Below, piece after piece: positions 16,961-26,035 of a stretch of DNA of 40,486 nt. The DNA is taken from the IMG/VR virus record IMGVR_UViG_3300032239_000241, positions 1-40,486 of that record, one strand, 5' to 3'. Origin of the DNA: a virus (taxonomy: Duplodnaviria; Caudoviricetes). Position numbers and translations under genes: made by a program. Position 1 is the stretch's first letter. Each line of letters starts with the position of its first letter. The notes beneath the pieces are model-generated. The model had not been told where the DNA came from. It was given only the letters and a program-made list of their open reading frames with translations, and searched no databases.

Positions 16961-18478
16961 ATGAAAATCAATGATATCTACGAAAGTACAACATCTGGAT
17001 CAGTTGCTACCGTAGCACAACCAATGACAGGCGGCGCATTAAAGCGTGTTGGTCAAGGTGTCTATGGTAAAGAAAAGGGCGGCAATCTACTAACTGGCAA
17101 GAAGACCAGCAAGAAGTATGCTAATAGCCTTGCTGAAGCAGCGGGCGAGTTTGCAGGTGAGAAAGTATATGTTGTTTATGTAGATGGCAAACCTTCTACA
17201 AAATCAAAAACTGAAAAAGATGCCAATGATCAAATAGCCATCATGAGGAAGAAGAATCCTGACAAGAAGTATACAGTCAAGCAGGAAGTCAGAGAGGCAG
17301 GAATGCCGGCGCCGATTCTCAAAAATAAGCAAAAACTAGCCGGAATGACAGATGCTGAACTAGCGGTCCACCTAAAAGACAAGTCAGATGATGAATTGAA
17401 GCAGATGGCATGGAGACATGGTTATGGTAAGCTGAGTCCACACTATGTGAATCGGGTCAAAAAAGGTAAAGAAATCAACGAAGACGAACTCCAAGAAGAT
17501 GATCTGATCCTAATTCCTGGTCAAGGCCGCTCACAGAAAACAGGATTCATGCAACATGATCCAGATCGTGCAGAGCATGAAGGTGAGACACTAAAGAATA
17601 GCCTGCGTACCATCGTTCGTGTCGCGTCTGATTTGAATAAGAGATTAGAAAATCAAGATAATTTCCCAGAATGGGTATCAGAAAAAGTTGGCGCTGTCAA
17701 GAGCATGATGACAAGCGTGATGCAGTATCTCGCAAGTGAGCAAGAAGCTGGACATGATCTTGCCGAACATGAAATGGCTGATACAAGAACATCAATGAAT
17801 AGAACAGGTGATGAAGTCACTTCAGAACATGATGAGGCTTATGCAACATTAAAGAGAATAGCACCAAGAATCTATCGCTTTATTCGCAACGAAGCTCCGA
17901 TGCCGATTGATCCAATCCAAACATTACAATATCTCCGTCGTATCGGTGGAAATGAAGGACAAATGTTGAGTATGTTCAAATCCCAGATAGCGTCAGATAC
18001 TAAAAAGCAATACGGCGATGATCACCCATCATTGGCAGAGAGCATGAGACGTTTCCTGAATAATCTCCTAAATGAATCAACCGGCGGTGTTATCGCTGGA
18101 GGTGGTGTTGGTGAAGGTTTAAGTGAGGGCAAGCATGATTCTTACAACCTAAGAGATTTGGTCAATGATCTGAACAATTATGTCGGGACCGACGCTGAAT
18201 CTGTACTGGTTACAAACATATTAAATATTTTACGCAGTAACTATACTGATAGTAGAGGGAAAAATCTTCCAAACAGAGAGATAACAGGATCTGAATTGAT
18301 GTCGTTGTATGGCATCGGTAAAAATAAACGAGGTGCTTTTATGAACTTCATTGACAAGGTATACAGTGGTCCAAAGAAAGACGACCAAGAATCTTATGAT
18401 TCCTTTAATTTCAATGAAGGAGAAGATGAAATCTCTGAGATCAAAAGATTATCTGGTCAAGTGACCGAAGGCAAGTAA
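16961..18478 (+). CDS. modular hypothetical protein, putative capsid-packaged polyprotein
   Basis: AATAAATA at 16928-16935. MKINDIYE tag; modules joined at LAE/VRE/INE/LNE/LSE; C-terminal EISEIKRLSG. Confidence 0.8.
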   Translation: MKINDIYESTTSGSVATVAQPMTGGALKRVGQGVYGKEKGGNLLTGKKTSKKYANSLAEAAGEFAGEKVYVVYVDGKPSTKSKTEKDANDQIAIMRKKNPDKKYTVKQEVREAGMPAPILKNKQKLAGMTDAELAVHLKDKSDDELKQMAWRHGYGKLSPHYVNRVKKGKEINEDELQEDDLILIPGQGRSQKTGFMQHDPDRAEHEGETLKNSLRTIVRVASDLNKRLENQDNFPEWVSEKVGAVKSMMTSVMQYLASEQEAGHDLAEHEMADTRTSMNRTGDEVTSEHDEAYATLKRIAPRIYRFIRNEAPMPIDPIQTLQYLRRIGGNEGQMLSMFKSQIASDTKKQYGDDHPSLAESMRRFLNNLLNESTGGVIAGGGVGEGLSEGKHDSYNLRDLVNDLNNYVGTDAESVLVTNILNILRSNYTDSRGKNLPNREITGSELMSLYGIGKNKRGAFMNFIDKVYSGPKKDDQESYDSFNFNEGEDEISEIKRLSGQVTEGK

Positions 18479-18479
18479 T

Positions 18480-21400
18480 ATGAGTTCTATCCTTAAAGGA
18501 TTGATACGAGAGGGCGGTAAACGCACTGTAAAGAGCGTTGCCGACGAGATCGCGGGTTATATCGGTCCTCATCCTAGTGATTCTGCTATCGTTGATGCCA
18601 TTGAACATGAAGCGAAGATACATGGCTTTGATCCAGCAGACCTCTTTGATGCGGTATACGATCACTTCAGACACCAGATTGATGAGAATCTACATAAGTG
18701 GTTCAAAGAGAAGTGGGTAAGATTTGGACCAGACGGGAAGATTCGCGGCGATTGTGCAAGAGGTAGTGGCAGTGAAGGTAAACCTAAGTGTTTGCCACAA
18801 AGTAAAGCACATAATCTAGGTAAAAAGGGCCGCGCTAGTGCAGCAGCAAGAAAGCGTAGAGAAGATCCAAATCCTGAGAGACATGGCAAGGCTAAGAATG
18901 TATCTACTAAGAAAAAGTCCAACGAAGATATTTCGCATTTGGATGAAAAGTGGAGTGCGAAATATAAGAGCAGCATCAATTGCTCGCATCCAAAAGGTTT
19001 CAGTCAAAAGGCTCATTGTGCTGGTAAAAAGAAACACAATGAAAGCATAGAGATGGAAATGACTTGCGAAGATTGTGGTATGTGCCAGACTCATGGTGAT
19101 CACACTCGCGATACATTGGATGAGGCCTGCTGGAAAGGCTATCACAAAAAGGGTATGAAAACCATGTTTGGTAAGAAATATCCTAACTGTGTGAAGAATA
19201 CTAACGAAGAGCAAGATGTGACAGAAGAAAAATGTCCAGAGTGCGGCGGACCAATGTATCATGAATCAATGATCAATGAAAAGCAGGATGCTTGCTATCA
19301 CAAAGTCAAATCACGTTATAAAGTCTGGCCAAGTGCTTATGCTAGTGGTGCTCTAGTTCAGTGCCGTAAAAAGGGTGCAGCAAACTGGGGCAACGGTGGA
19401 AAAAAGAATGAGAGCGCCATCATGCAGGGCCTGATGCGAGAAGATGACTTTGAGTTTGACTACTCAGCGCCCAATCCAAAGAAGAAAAAGAGCGGAAAAT
19501 ACGGACCTGAAACACAGCAAGTTGAGGCGTTTATTCGTTATATAAGAAGAATGACATTTGACCAATGGGGCGATGTAGCGGCGGCAAGGCTCCAAATAGA
19601 GGATCAACCGGTTGCCAGAGCGATAGGGATAGCGTTGAATGCAGCAAAAGTAAACCACACCAATAGACAGGTTGAGGCGGCTCATCGCGATGGAATTGAA
19701 TCAACGCCAGGTGGGCCCGTCCGTGTTGCGGCACGCAGAGTAGCAGCTTTAGCGGCAGTGGAAATCCTAGGGGCGGCCGTGATGCGGGGAGCCCGAACAC
19801 CATTCTTCTTCCTACCAATGTTTGGCTTTGCTAATCCAGATGCTATCCCTGATGCGTTGGATGAAGCTGATGACTTTGAGTTTGATTACTCAGAACCAGC
19901 GCGTGAGAAAAAGGGCGGGAAATACGGAACTAAGACAAACCAAGTTGAGGCATTCTTTCGTCATCTAGCGAATATGACACCTGAACAATGGGAAGCATCA
20001 TGTGCAGCAGCAAGAGCGGTTACCTGGAACAGATACACTCTAGCAGCAGAAAAATCGTGGCCCGCAGCAGTCACTATAGCAGGTAAAAATAAGGCACAAG
20101 CAGCGTTCTCTGAAGGGATCCGACTCCAAAACATTGCTGCTCGGAGGTTTATGAATGACGCCAATGTTCAAGACGGCGAGCAAGCAGGACATGCAGCCAA
20201 TGAAATCCAAGGAGCCGCTGCCCTGCGTGCTAGGGGCCACGCATTCTTTTACCTACCAATGTTTGGCTTTGCTAATCCAGATGCTATCCCTGATGCGTTG
20301 GATGAAGCTGATGACTTTGAGTTTGACTACTCAGATAAACCGATGGGCGATACACAGAAGAAAAAAACATCAGATATCGTTACTCCATTGGTACAAGCAT
20401 TCAACATAGAACACAGTGGAAGCGAGGGAATGCCTCTTCACACCAAGTCAAGCTCAAAGCGGTGGAGACGAGGTGATGGTAGCTATTATACTGATCCAAA
20501 CTCTATTGAGGCATATGATCAAAACGACCCTGAACAAAGACAACTACAAAGCGAGTTCTACGATTGGTTGATTCAACAGCCAGGAGTAAAATCTGCAGGT
20601 AGGATTAGAGGAGAGCTTAGATCAAGTGATTATTCACCAGCCTCAGAATACGAGAATGTGATCTTTGTAAAGCGTAATTATGCTACAGAATACTTCACTC
20701 GTAGCAAACTACGCAACAAAAATGTCTGGCATCAAAAGACTGATGAAGACACTTCATATGCGGGTGGTATGGGACAAGGCGGCAACGCTGGCGAATCATA
20801 TCGCAAGTTCAAGCCAAAGAGTGCAGGTACTCATATGGAAAACGAGAGCGCCATCATGAAGGGCCTGATGCCAGTTGACGAAGCAGGTAGTCCAGCACAA
20901 CAAGCGGCTATCGCTATCAACATGAAGAAACATCATAAGAAGCCTAAGCATGTAGATGAAGACTACACCGGAGAGTTCGCAGCAGAAAAGACTCCGGCAA
21001 TCAATCCATACGGTGGCATGAAAGATAAGCAGTATCGTGGTGCTATCGGTGAAGGCATTATATCTGAGATGCCAGATACTTCAGGCCCAGTTGGAGTTCA
21101 ACCAGGTGGTTGGAGAACATACAGACCAAAGCCTGCCGGAACCAAGATTGAAAACGCCATCATGCGGGGCTTGATGCGAGAGGAAGAGAGCCTCAAGTCA
21201 AATAATCCAGTGGGTATTCCTGAAGATGAAGACTTTGAATTTGACTACTCAGCGCCTGCTCCAAAGAAGAAAAAGATCGGGAAATACGGACGTAAGACAG
21301 ATCAAGTTGAGGCATTCTTACGTCATCTTGCGACCATGACACCTGCACAATGGACAGCGCTGGAGACTGCATTACCCCAGATAGATTACGATCTGATGAT

Positions 21401-21815
21401 GAAAAAGCGCAGAATTGCGGACCACGCTGCCAGTCGCCGCGCCACTCTGACCCAGCGCAATCGGGCACATGGTGATGTATGGGGTGCAAGTCAGGGGAAT
21501 AGCGCAACGAAGATTGCCGCATCAATGGCTGCTCAGGAAATCCAAGGTGCTGATGAGTTCGCTGCAGGAAGATTCTTCTTCCTACCAATGTTTGGCTTTG
21601 ATAGCGTAGATGATATTCCCGGCGCCGTTGATCTAGAAGAAGTCAGTGCTACTGGTCAAGGCGGAGGCTCTGCTGGCATCGGCGGCGGCTCAATGGTAGG
21701 TGGTCCAACAACCTACGAACAAGAATATGGTATGTTTAAAAAAAGAGGTCCCCGTCGCATAACAGCGATGACGAATGAAGCACTGGATTCTCATCAAGAA
21801 GGTAAAGAGAGATGA
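18480..21815 (+). CDS. 1111 aa mosaic polyprotein of short basic/Cys peptides and three repeated helical cassettes
   Basis: Continuous ORF with internal repeats SAIMxGLM, DDFEFDYS, KYG..TxQVEAF and FLPMFGF. Confidence 0.85.
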   Translation: MSSILKGLIREGGKRTVKSVADEIAGYIGPHPSDSAIVDAIEHEAKIHGFDPADLFDAVYDHFRHQIDENLHKWFKEKWVRFGPDGKIRGDCARGSGSEGKPKCLPQSKAHNLGKKGRASAAARKRREDPNPERHGKAKNVSTKKKSNEDISHLDEKWSAKYKSSINCSHPKGFSQKAHCAGKKKHNESIEMEMTCEDCGMCQTHGDHTRDTLDEACWKGYHKKGMKTMFGKKYPNCVKNTNEEQDVTEEKCPECGGPMYHESMINEKQDACYHKVKSRYKVWPSAYASGALVQCRKKGAANWGNGGKKNESAIMQGLMREDDFEFDYSAPNPKKKKSGKYGPETQQVEAFIRYIRRMTFDQWGDVAAARLQIEDQPVARAIGIALNAAKVNHTNRQVEAAHRDGIESTPGGPVRVAARRVAALAAVEILGAAVMRGARTPFFFLPMFGFANPDAIPDALDEADDFEFDYSEPAREKKGGKYGTKTNQVEAFFRHLANMTPEQWEASCAAARAVTWNRYTLAAEKSWPAAVTIAGKNKAQAAFSEGIRLQNIAARRFMNDANVQDGEQAGHAANEIQGAAALRARGHAFFYLPMFGFANPDAIPDALDEADDFEFDYSDKPMGDTQKKKTSDIVTPLVQAFNIEHSGSEGMPLHTKSSSKRWRRGDGSYYTDPNSIEAYDQNDPEQRQLQSEFYDWLIQQPGVKSAGRIRGELRSSDYSPASEYENVIFVKRNYATEYFTRSKLRNKNVWHQKTDEDTSYAGGMGQGGNAGESYRKFKPKSAGTHMENESAIMKGLMPVDEAGSPAQQAAIAINMKKHHKKPKHVDEDYTGEFAAEKTPAINPYGGMKDKQYRGAIGEGIISEMPDTSGPVGVQPGGWRTYRPKPAGTKIENAIMRGLMREEESLKSNNPVGIPEDEDFEFDYSAPAPKKKKIGKYGRKTDQVEAFLRHLATMTPAQWTALETALPQIDYDLMMKKRRIADHAASRRATLTQRNRAHGDVWGASQGNSATKIAASMAAQEIQGADEFAAGRFFFLPMFGFDSVDDIPGAVDLEEVSATGQGGGSAGIGGGSMVGGPTTYEQEYGMFKKRGPRRITAMTNEALDSHQEGKER
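19811..19894 (+). repeat. direct repeat, copy 1 (84 bp, one mismatch to copy 2)
   Basis: CCTACCAATGTTTGGCTTTGCTAATCCAGATGCTATCCCTGATGCGTTGGATGAAGCTGATGACTTTGAGTTTGA is identical over 75 bp, then T/C, then TACTCAGA. Confidence 0.95.
20252..20335 (+). repeat. direct repeat, copy 2 (441 bp downstream of copy 1)
   Basis: Matches 19811-19894. Partial copies lie at about 19444-19472, about 21231-21256 and 21572-21600. Confidence 0.95.
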
Positions 21816-22051
21816 ATCCATGGGTAGAAAAAATCATGTATGCATTGATCCCGTTATTACTATCGGGAATCGTGTATCTGTTTAGCGCGGTAACGAGCCT
21901 GCAATCTGATGTTCAGATAATACAGTCTCAGGCAGCACTAGCAAGATTACAGGTGAAAGTAGAGTTGTTAGATGATATTCAGGCCAATCGTGATCGCATC
22001 ATCAGTTTAGAGGAACAGGTAAAAGAACTACAATCTAAGCAAAAACGATAA
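21812..22051 (+). CDS. small membrane protein (N-terminal TM helix plus coiled coil)
   Basis: IMYALIPLLLSGIVYLFSAV hydrophobic segment followed by heptad repeats. ATGA-coupled. Confidence 0.65.
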   Translation: MNPWVEKIMYALIPLLLSGIVYLFSAVTSLQSDVQIIQSQAALARLQVKVELLDDIQANRDRIISLEEQVKELQSKQKR

Positions 22052-22073
22052 ATACTCTATAGGATTCAAAAAC

Positions 22074-22514
22074 ATGCTAGCAGACAACCTAAAGACACTA
22101 TTGGGAAGCACCTTTGCTATATACACGAAGACTCACGGGTTCCACTGGAATATAGAGGGAAGCGATTTCCCGCAATATCATAAATTCTTACAGAAAATGT
22201 ATGAAGAGATTTATGAGAGTATTGACACTATCGCAGAATATATCAGGACACTGGGATCATATTCACCCGGTAGTCTCGCACGGATGCTAGAGTTGAGCAT
22301 CATTGAAGAACAATACAAGATTCCAAGAGCCGAACTCATGCTAGCAGAGTTGTTAGATGATGTTGATAAGATGACCGCACTTGTTACCGATATATTTGAT
22401 ATTGCCACAAAAGACAGGGCACAAGGAATAGCCAATTACCTAGCAGAGTTGCAGGATCTCTACACCAAGAAAGCTTGGATGATCAGAGCCACGCTCAATA
22501 AGAAGAGAGCCTAA
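22074..22514 (+). CDS. dps: Dps (ferritin-like DNA-protection protein)
   Basis: KTHGFHWNIEGSDFPQYHKFLQKMYEE and DTIAEYIRTLG ferroxidase motifs; KKAWMI. GATAAATA at 22047-22054. Confidence 0.93.
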   Translation: MLADNLKTLLGSTFAIYTKTHGFHWNIEGSDFPQYHKFLQKMYEEIYESIDTIAEYIRTLGSYSPGSLARMLELSIIEEQYKIPRAELMLAELLDDVDKMTALVTDIFDIATKDRAQGIANYLAELQDLYTKKAWMIRATLNKKRA

Positions 22515-22515
22515 C

Positions 22516-23508
22516 ATGCGTAGTAGAGAATTATACAAAAAACCAGTATCATTGAGAATTACCGATAATGATCCAGTACGTGCCATGTTTCATAAGGCCA
22601 TGGGACATATACTCGGTGAGATGCTAGAAGAAGATTCTACCATTGGAGACACTGTCCGCAGTAGCCCATACTCTGATGTGCTTGTTCGTGCAGTGCATGA
22701 AAAACTCAAGATAGCACATGACCAGAAATGGAAGAAGACCGATAAAGTCAGTTGGAAAGATGTCAAGGCGTCATCTCCGAACTTCGTGATTCTTGCTGGA
22801 TCTAGGGGAACTGCTGCTGTCAGATGGAACGGCGGAAATAGTATGTGGTATGTGATCACTGCCAATGGCGAAGGTACCCATCCTTATACCAATAGCAGCA
22901 TCAATGCAGTGATGGTAGAGATAAAAGAAGATATCGGCATGATCACTGGATCATATGAGGCTGTTGGCGAAGGCACAAGATCCTATTATAGAGCCGCATC
23001 TGATAATGCTAAAGGATCAGTAGATGCAAAAAGAGAGAAGCGCAAAGTCTCGCGTACTATAAACAAAGCGGGCATGTTAGACCCGGCAGCCGGTATGGAG
23101 CAGAATCTAGGGGCAATTCAAAAGAAGTTGCGTCCGCTATATACAAGATATATTGAACAGGCAATGGCGGATGTAAAGGGGGTGATCGGTATGCAACTCA
23201 AAGCAGATGCACATGATCGTGCTTCACAAAAAATACAAATATTGAAAAATCTAAAAGCTATGCTTGTTCATATTGAAGACAATCCTAATAGTATACCAGA
23301 CGATGTAGCAAAGAAATTAAAGCCGGCGCTATACATGACAGCCGCATATTTTTATCCGGAAGAGACTGGCGACATTAGAAAAAGTTACGGTTCTATATCG
23401 TCGGAAAATTCGGCAGGTCCTAGGCAAGTCGTAAAAGACATAGCGAACGGTGATGGTAAAAAATTAGCTGCAATGATGAATTTCTTCAAACAATCATTAT
23501 TACATTAA
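22516..23508 (+). CDS. hypothetical protein, putative head cargo
   Basis: 330 aa. MRSRELY N-terminus; MLEE at about residues 36-39. Confidence 0.75.
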   Translation: MRSRELYKKPVSLRITDNDPVRAMFHKAMGHILGEMLEEDSTIGDTVRSSPYSDVLVRAVHEKLKIAHDQKWKKTDKVSWKDVKASSPNFVILAGSRGTAAVRWNGGNSMWYVITANGEGTHPYTNSSINAVMVEIKEDIGMITGSYEAVGEGTRSYYRAASDNAKGSVDAKREKRKVSRTINKAGMLDPAAGMEQNLGAIQKKLRPLYTRYIEQAMADVKGVIGMQLKADAHDRASQKIQILKNLKAMLVHIEDNPNSIPDDVAKKLKPALYMTAAYFYPEETGDIRKSYGSISSENSAGPRQVVKDIANGDGKKLAAMMNFFKQSLLH

Positions 23509-23529
23509 TCAAGATAAATGGATCATAAA

Positions 23530-24540
23530 ATGAGAACACTATCAGAAGCAAACTACGGAGAAAAAATTCTCAAAGACCCTAGGCTAACAAAGATGTTGGC
23601 TCTTGCGGTGAGACATGATCGTACATTTCCAATGGCGGCGCTAGCAAAATTGGGCCCTAGTCCAAAAGATGAAGAAGTGGTTAAACTATGGAGCGAGTTG
23701 TTAGATAAAACACTATCTAATACTAACTTTGGCGACCTGTCAAGAGAAGGCAAGTTTGATGCCTGGTTGACACGACTCTATGCGAGTCATGCTAATGACT
23801 ATGAAGAGATAAATGGCGAAGGCGGAGACGCACTAGGTGCTTGGAAAGCACTCCAGACCCATAGACTATTGCAACCTAGAGATCAAGATTTCAATAGGTT
23901 CAGTACACTAAAAGATTTACAGAATACAGTCAGAAAGCAAGTCTACCAGCGAGCATTGAGAAAGATTGCTGACCAAGAAAAAGCAGAAGCGATGAAGCGT
24001 GATGCTAGGCAGATCGTACTCATTGACGATGACAATTATTATATAACGGTGCCACTTAACTATGGTTCATGCTATACATTTAGCCATGGTATGGGAGTGT
24101 CAGGTACTTATTGCACTGGTAGTAGTAGTGGACTGAGTTGGTTTGAACGCTATTCCAGAGACGGACCGATGATAGATGTCCTTAACAAAAAGAATATGGA
24201 AAATAAGAACGGCAAATGGCAGTTTCACAGTGCTACTAACCAATTGAAGAATGCGTCTCAGGATTCTCGTAGTAGTTTTGACAGGGTAACTGATGACTCT
24301 GAATTTGCGAAATACTTTCCTGGAGTATTGAAAAAGATTATTCATGCATTGGAAACACACGCTGAACAGTTGAAGAATTCATCTAAGGATATCGCACGAG
24401 ATGGTTGGGATATTCCTAAAGAAATAGATCGTCTCAAGGCTAGATATCCGCTATCTTATAATAGCAGCGCAGATAAAGAACATGACAAAGAAATGTCCGA
24501 TGACGAAGAGAATCACCTATTCGGTCGTGACAGAGGCTAA
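23530..24540 (+). CDS. WCT/YCT-domain protein, paralog 1
   Basis: Probable start MRTLSE. DFNRFSTLKDL, TYCTG and KWQFH are shared with the genes at 24549 and 32519. Confidence 0.75.
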   Translation: MRTLSEANYGEKILKDPRLTKMLALAVRHDRTFPMAALAKLGPSPKDEEVVKLWSELLDKTLSNTNFGDLSREGKFDAWLTRLYASHANDYEEINGEGGDALGAWKALQTHRLLQPRDQDFNRFSTLKDLQNTVRKQVYQRALRKIADQEKAEAMKRDARQIVLIDDDNYYITVPLNYGSCYTFSHGMGVSGTYCTGSSSGLSWFERYSRDGPMIDVLNKKNMENKNGKWQFHSATNQLKNASQDSRSSFDRVTDDSEFAKYFPGVLKKIIHALETHAEQLKNSSKDIARDGWDIPKEIDRLKARYPLSYNSSADKEHDKEMSDDEENHLFGRDRG

Positions 24541-24548
24541 TCGTAGCC

Positions 24549-25868
24549 ATGCGGGCCAGAGAATTCCTCATTGAGTATAGCAAAGCCAAAACTGCTGAGA
24601 TGGTTGGGGATAAACTTATTAAGGCTCTGGTACAGGACCGACAGCCTCCTGCGAATCTAAAAGAGATACAGGGTAAAGCGGCAATGGGTCCTAGTTGGTA
24701 TGAACACTATCCTGAATCAATGAAATCCTGGACTGAAGCCATTCTCAGTGCCATTGAAGATAAAGACCCAACACCCAACAAGGCATATACTCCCTGGTTA
24801 GCAAGAATGTATGCTAAGGGCGGCCTTAAGCTGGAAGATATAGATCGCAACGGGCTTCTTGAGTTACATAATATTGCCAAAGGACTAGGCGAGAGGCGCG
24901 GCGGGCTTATACAAGATCATAAAGACATCAACAAGTTCAAGACATACAGAGACTTTGAAGAGGTGATGCGTACCTATGACCGAGATGCTATTGAAGCACC
25001 TGCTCAAAAAATAGATAAAGGTATATATTCTGAAATCCCATTTACTAATGTAACTATGTACATACCTGAAAATGAAGCGGCTTCAGTATTCTTAGGTAAT
25101 TATCTCGGCGGGCCCAGTCACTGGTGTACTGCGGGTAGAAAGAACAACCTTTTTGATCAGTATAATCGTCAAGGTAAACTCTATATCCTGATTCCAAAGC
25201 ATCCAAACCACGATGGTGAGAAGTATCAGTTACACTTCCCCTCAGGCCAATACATGAACGAAGATGATGACGAGGTTTCTCTCACACACCTATTTTCTCT
25301 TTTTCCTGAATTAAAAGAGTTTTTCATTGAGAACGAACCGGAGATGCTCAATTTTATTGAATTTGCGCCGGATGATGTACTACAGTCTGTCATTGATAGG
25401 ATCGCTGAACTTGCTCAGGACCAAGTTTGGGAAATAATCAATGAGTGGGAACACGATGATAACTATTATTATCAACAGATGCAAGAAAAACATGCTGACG
25501 AAAATCGTGACATTGATTGGGATAGCGTTTATGAGGCAGGAGATGATTACTTAAAATGGAACGACGAGGCCCGCAGATTTCAAATTGATATGAGTGATGC
25601 TCTTAGAATGAAGGCATCTGATTTAAAAAAATGGATATCAGAGATAGTAATTGACACCTCTGATGTTGACCAAAACTATAAGATTGATGCCCTTCCTGAA
25701 CTCATGGCCGATAAAATACGAGAAGAATTCCCTGCGAGACGGGGTGAAAACGGCAGTCATGGTATTGATAGATTCCTAGATCATAATGTTTTTGTTCAAA
25801 AAACCGCTAATGGCTGGGATGTCAAGCTAGCAAGATCCACAGCCTGGGGCCCGAGGCCGATAGGATGA
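24549..25868 (+). CDS. WCT-domain protein, paralog 2 (acidic C-terminal region)
   Basis: MRAREFLIE tag; DPTPNKAYTPW, DINKFKTYRDFE, HWCTA, KYQLHFPSGQYMNEDD. Confidence 0.8.
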   Translation: MRAREFLIEYSKAKTAEMVGDKLIKALVQDRQPPANLKEIQGKAAMGPSWYEHYPESMKSWTEAILSAIEDKDPTPNKAYTPWLARMYAKGGLKLEDIDRNGLLELHNIAKGLGERRGGLIQDHKDINKFKTYRDFEEVMRTYDRDAIEAPAQKIDKGIYSEIPFTNVTMYIPENEAASVFLGNYLGGPSHWCTAGRKNNLFDQYNRQGKLYILIPKHPNHDGEKYQLHFPSGQYMNEDDDEVSLTHLFSLFPELKEFFIENEPEMLNFIEFAPDDVLQSVIDRIAELAQDQVWEIINEWEHDDNYYYQQMQEKHADENRDIDWDSVYEAGDDYLKWNDEARRFQIDMSDALRMKASDLKKWISEIVIDTSDVDQNYKIDALPELMADKIREEFPARRGENGSHGIDRFLDHNVFVQKTANGWDVKLARSTAWGPRPIG

Positions 25869-26035
25869 ACCTAGAGGAACTAAAAAGATTAGCAGGTGTA
25901 ACTGATCATCGTGGTATGAGTACTGTCTCAGAGCCTGCTAACCGTGTCACGGCTAGACCTGGTACTGCGGAATGGTTTAATCGTCCAGTGAATGATATGC
26001 AGATGCCAGCTGGATTTAGGGGTCGTAAGCGATGA
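25865..26035 (+). CDS. small protein, 56 aa (MNLEELKRLAGV...RPGTAEWF...GFRGRKR), missing from the ORF track
   Basis: ATGA overlaps at both ends exactly fill the gap. Carries motifs shared with neighbouring proteins. Confidence 0.8.
   Translation: MNLEELKRLAGVTDHRGMSTVSEPANRVTARPGTAEWFNRPVNDMQMPAGFRGRKR

Noticed and set aside
19440-21630. Repeats as a CRISPR array or DGR template/variable pair
   Set aside because: The repeats are in-frame coding segments hundreds of bases apart. The single mismatch in the 84 bp pair is a synonymous T/C rather than adenine-specific, and no reverse transcriptase or cas gene is in the window.
21812-22051. Holin or spanin call
   Set aside because: One TM helix plus coiled coil is compatible but not diagnostic; there is no adjacent lysis cassette or lipobox partner.
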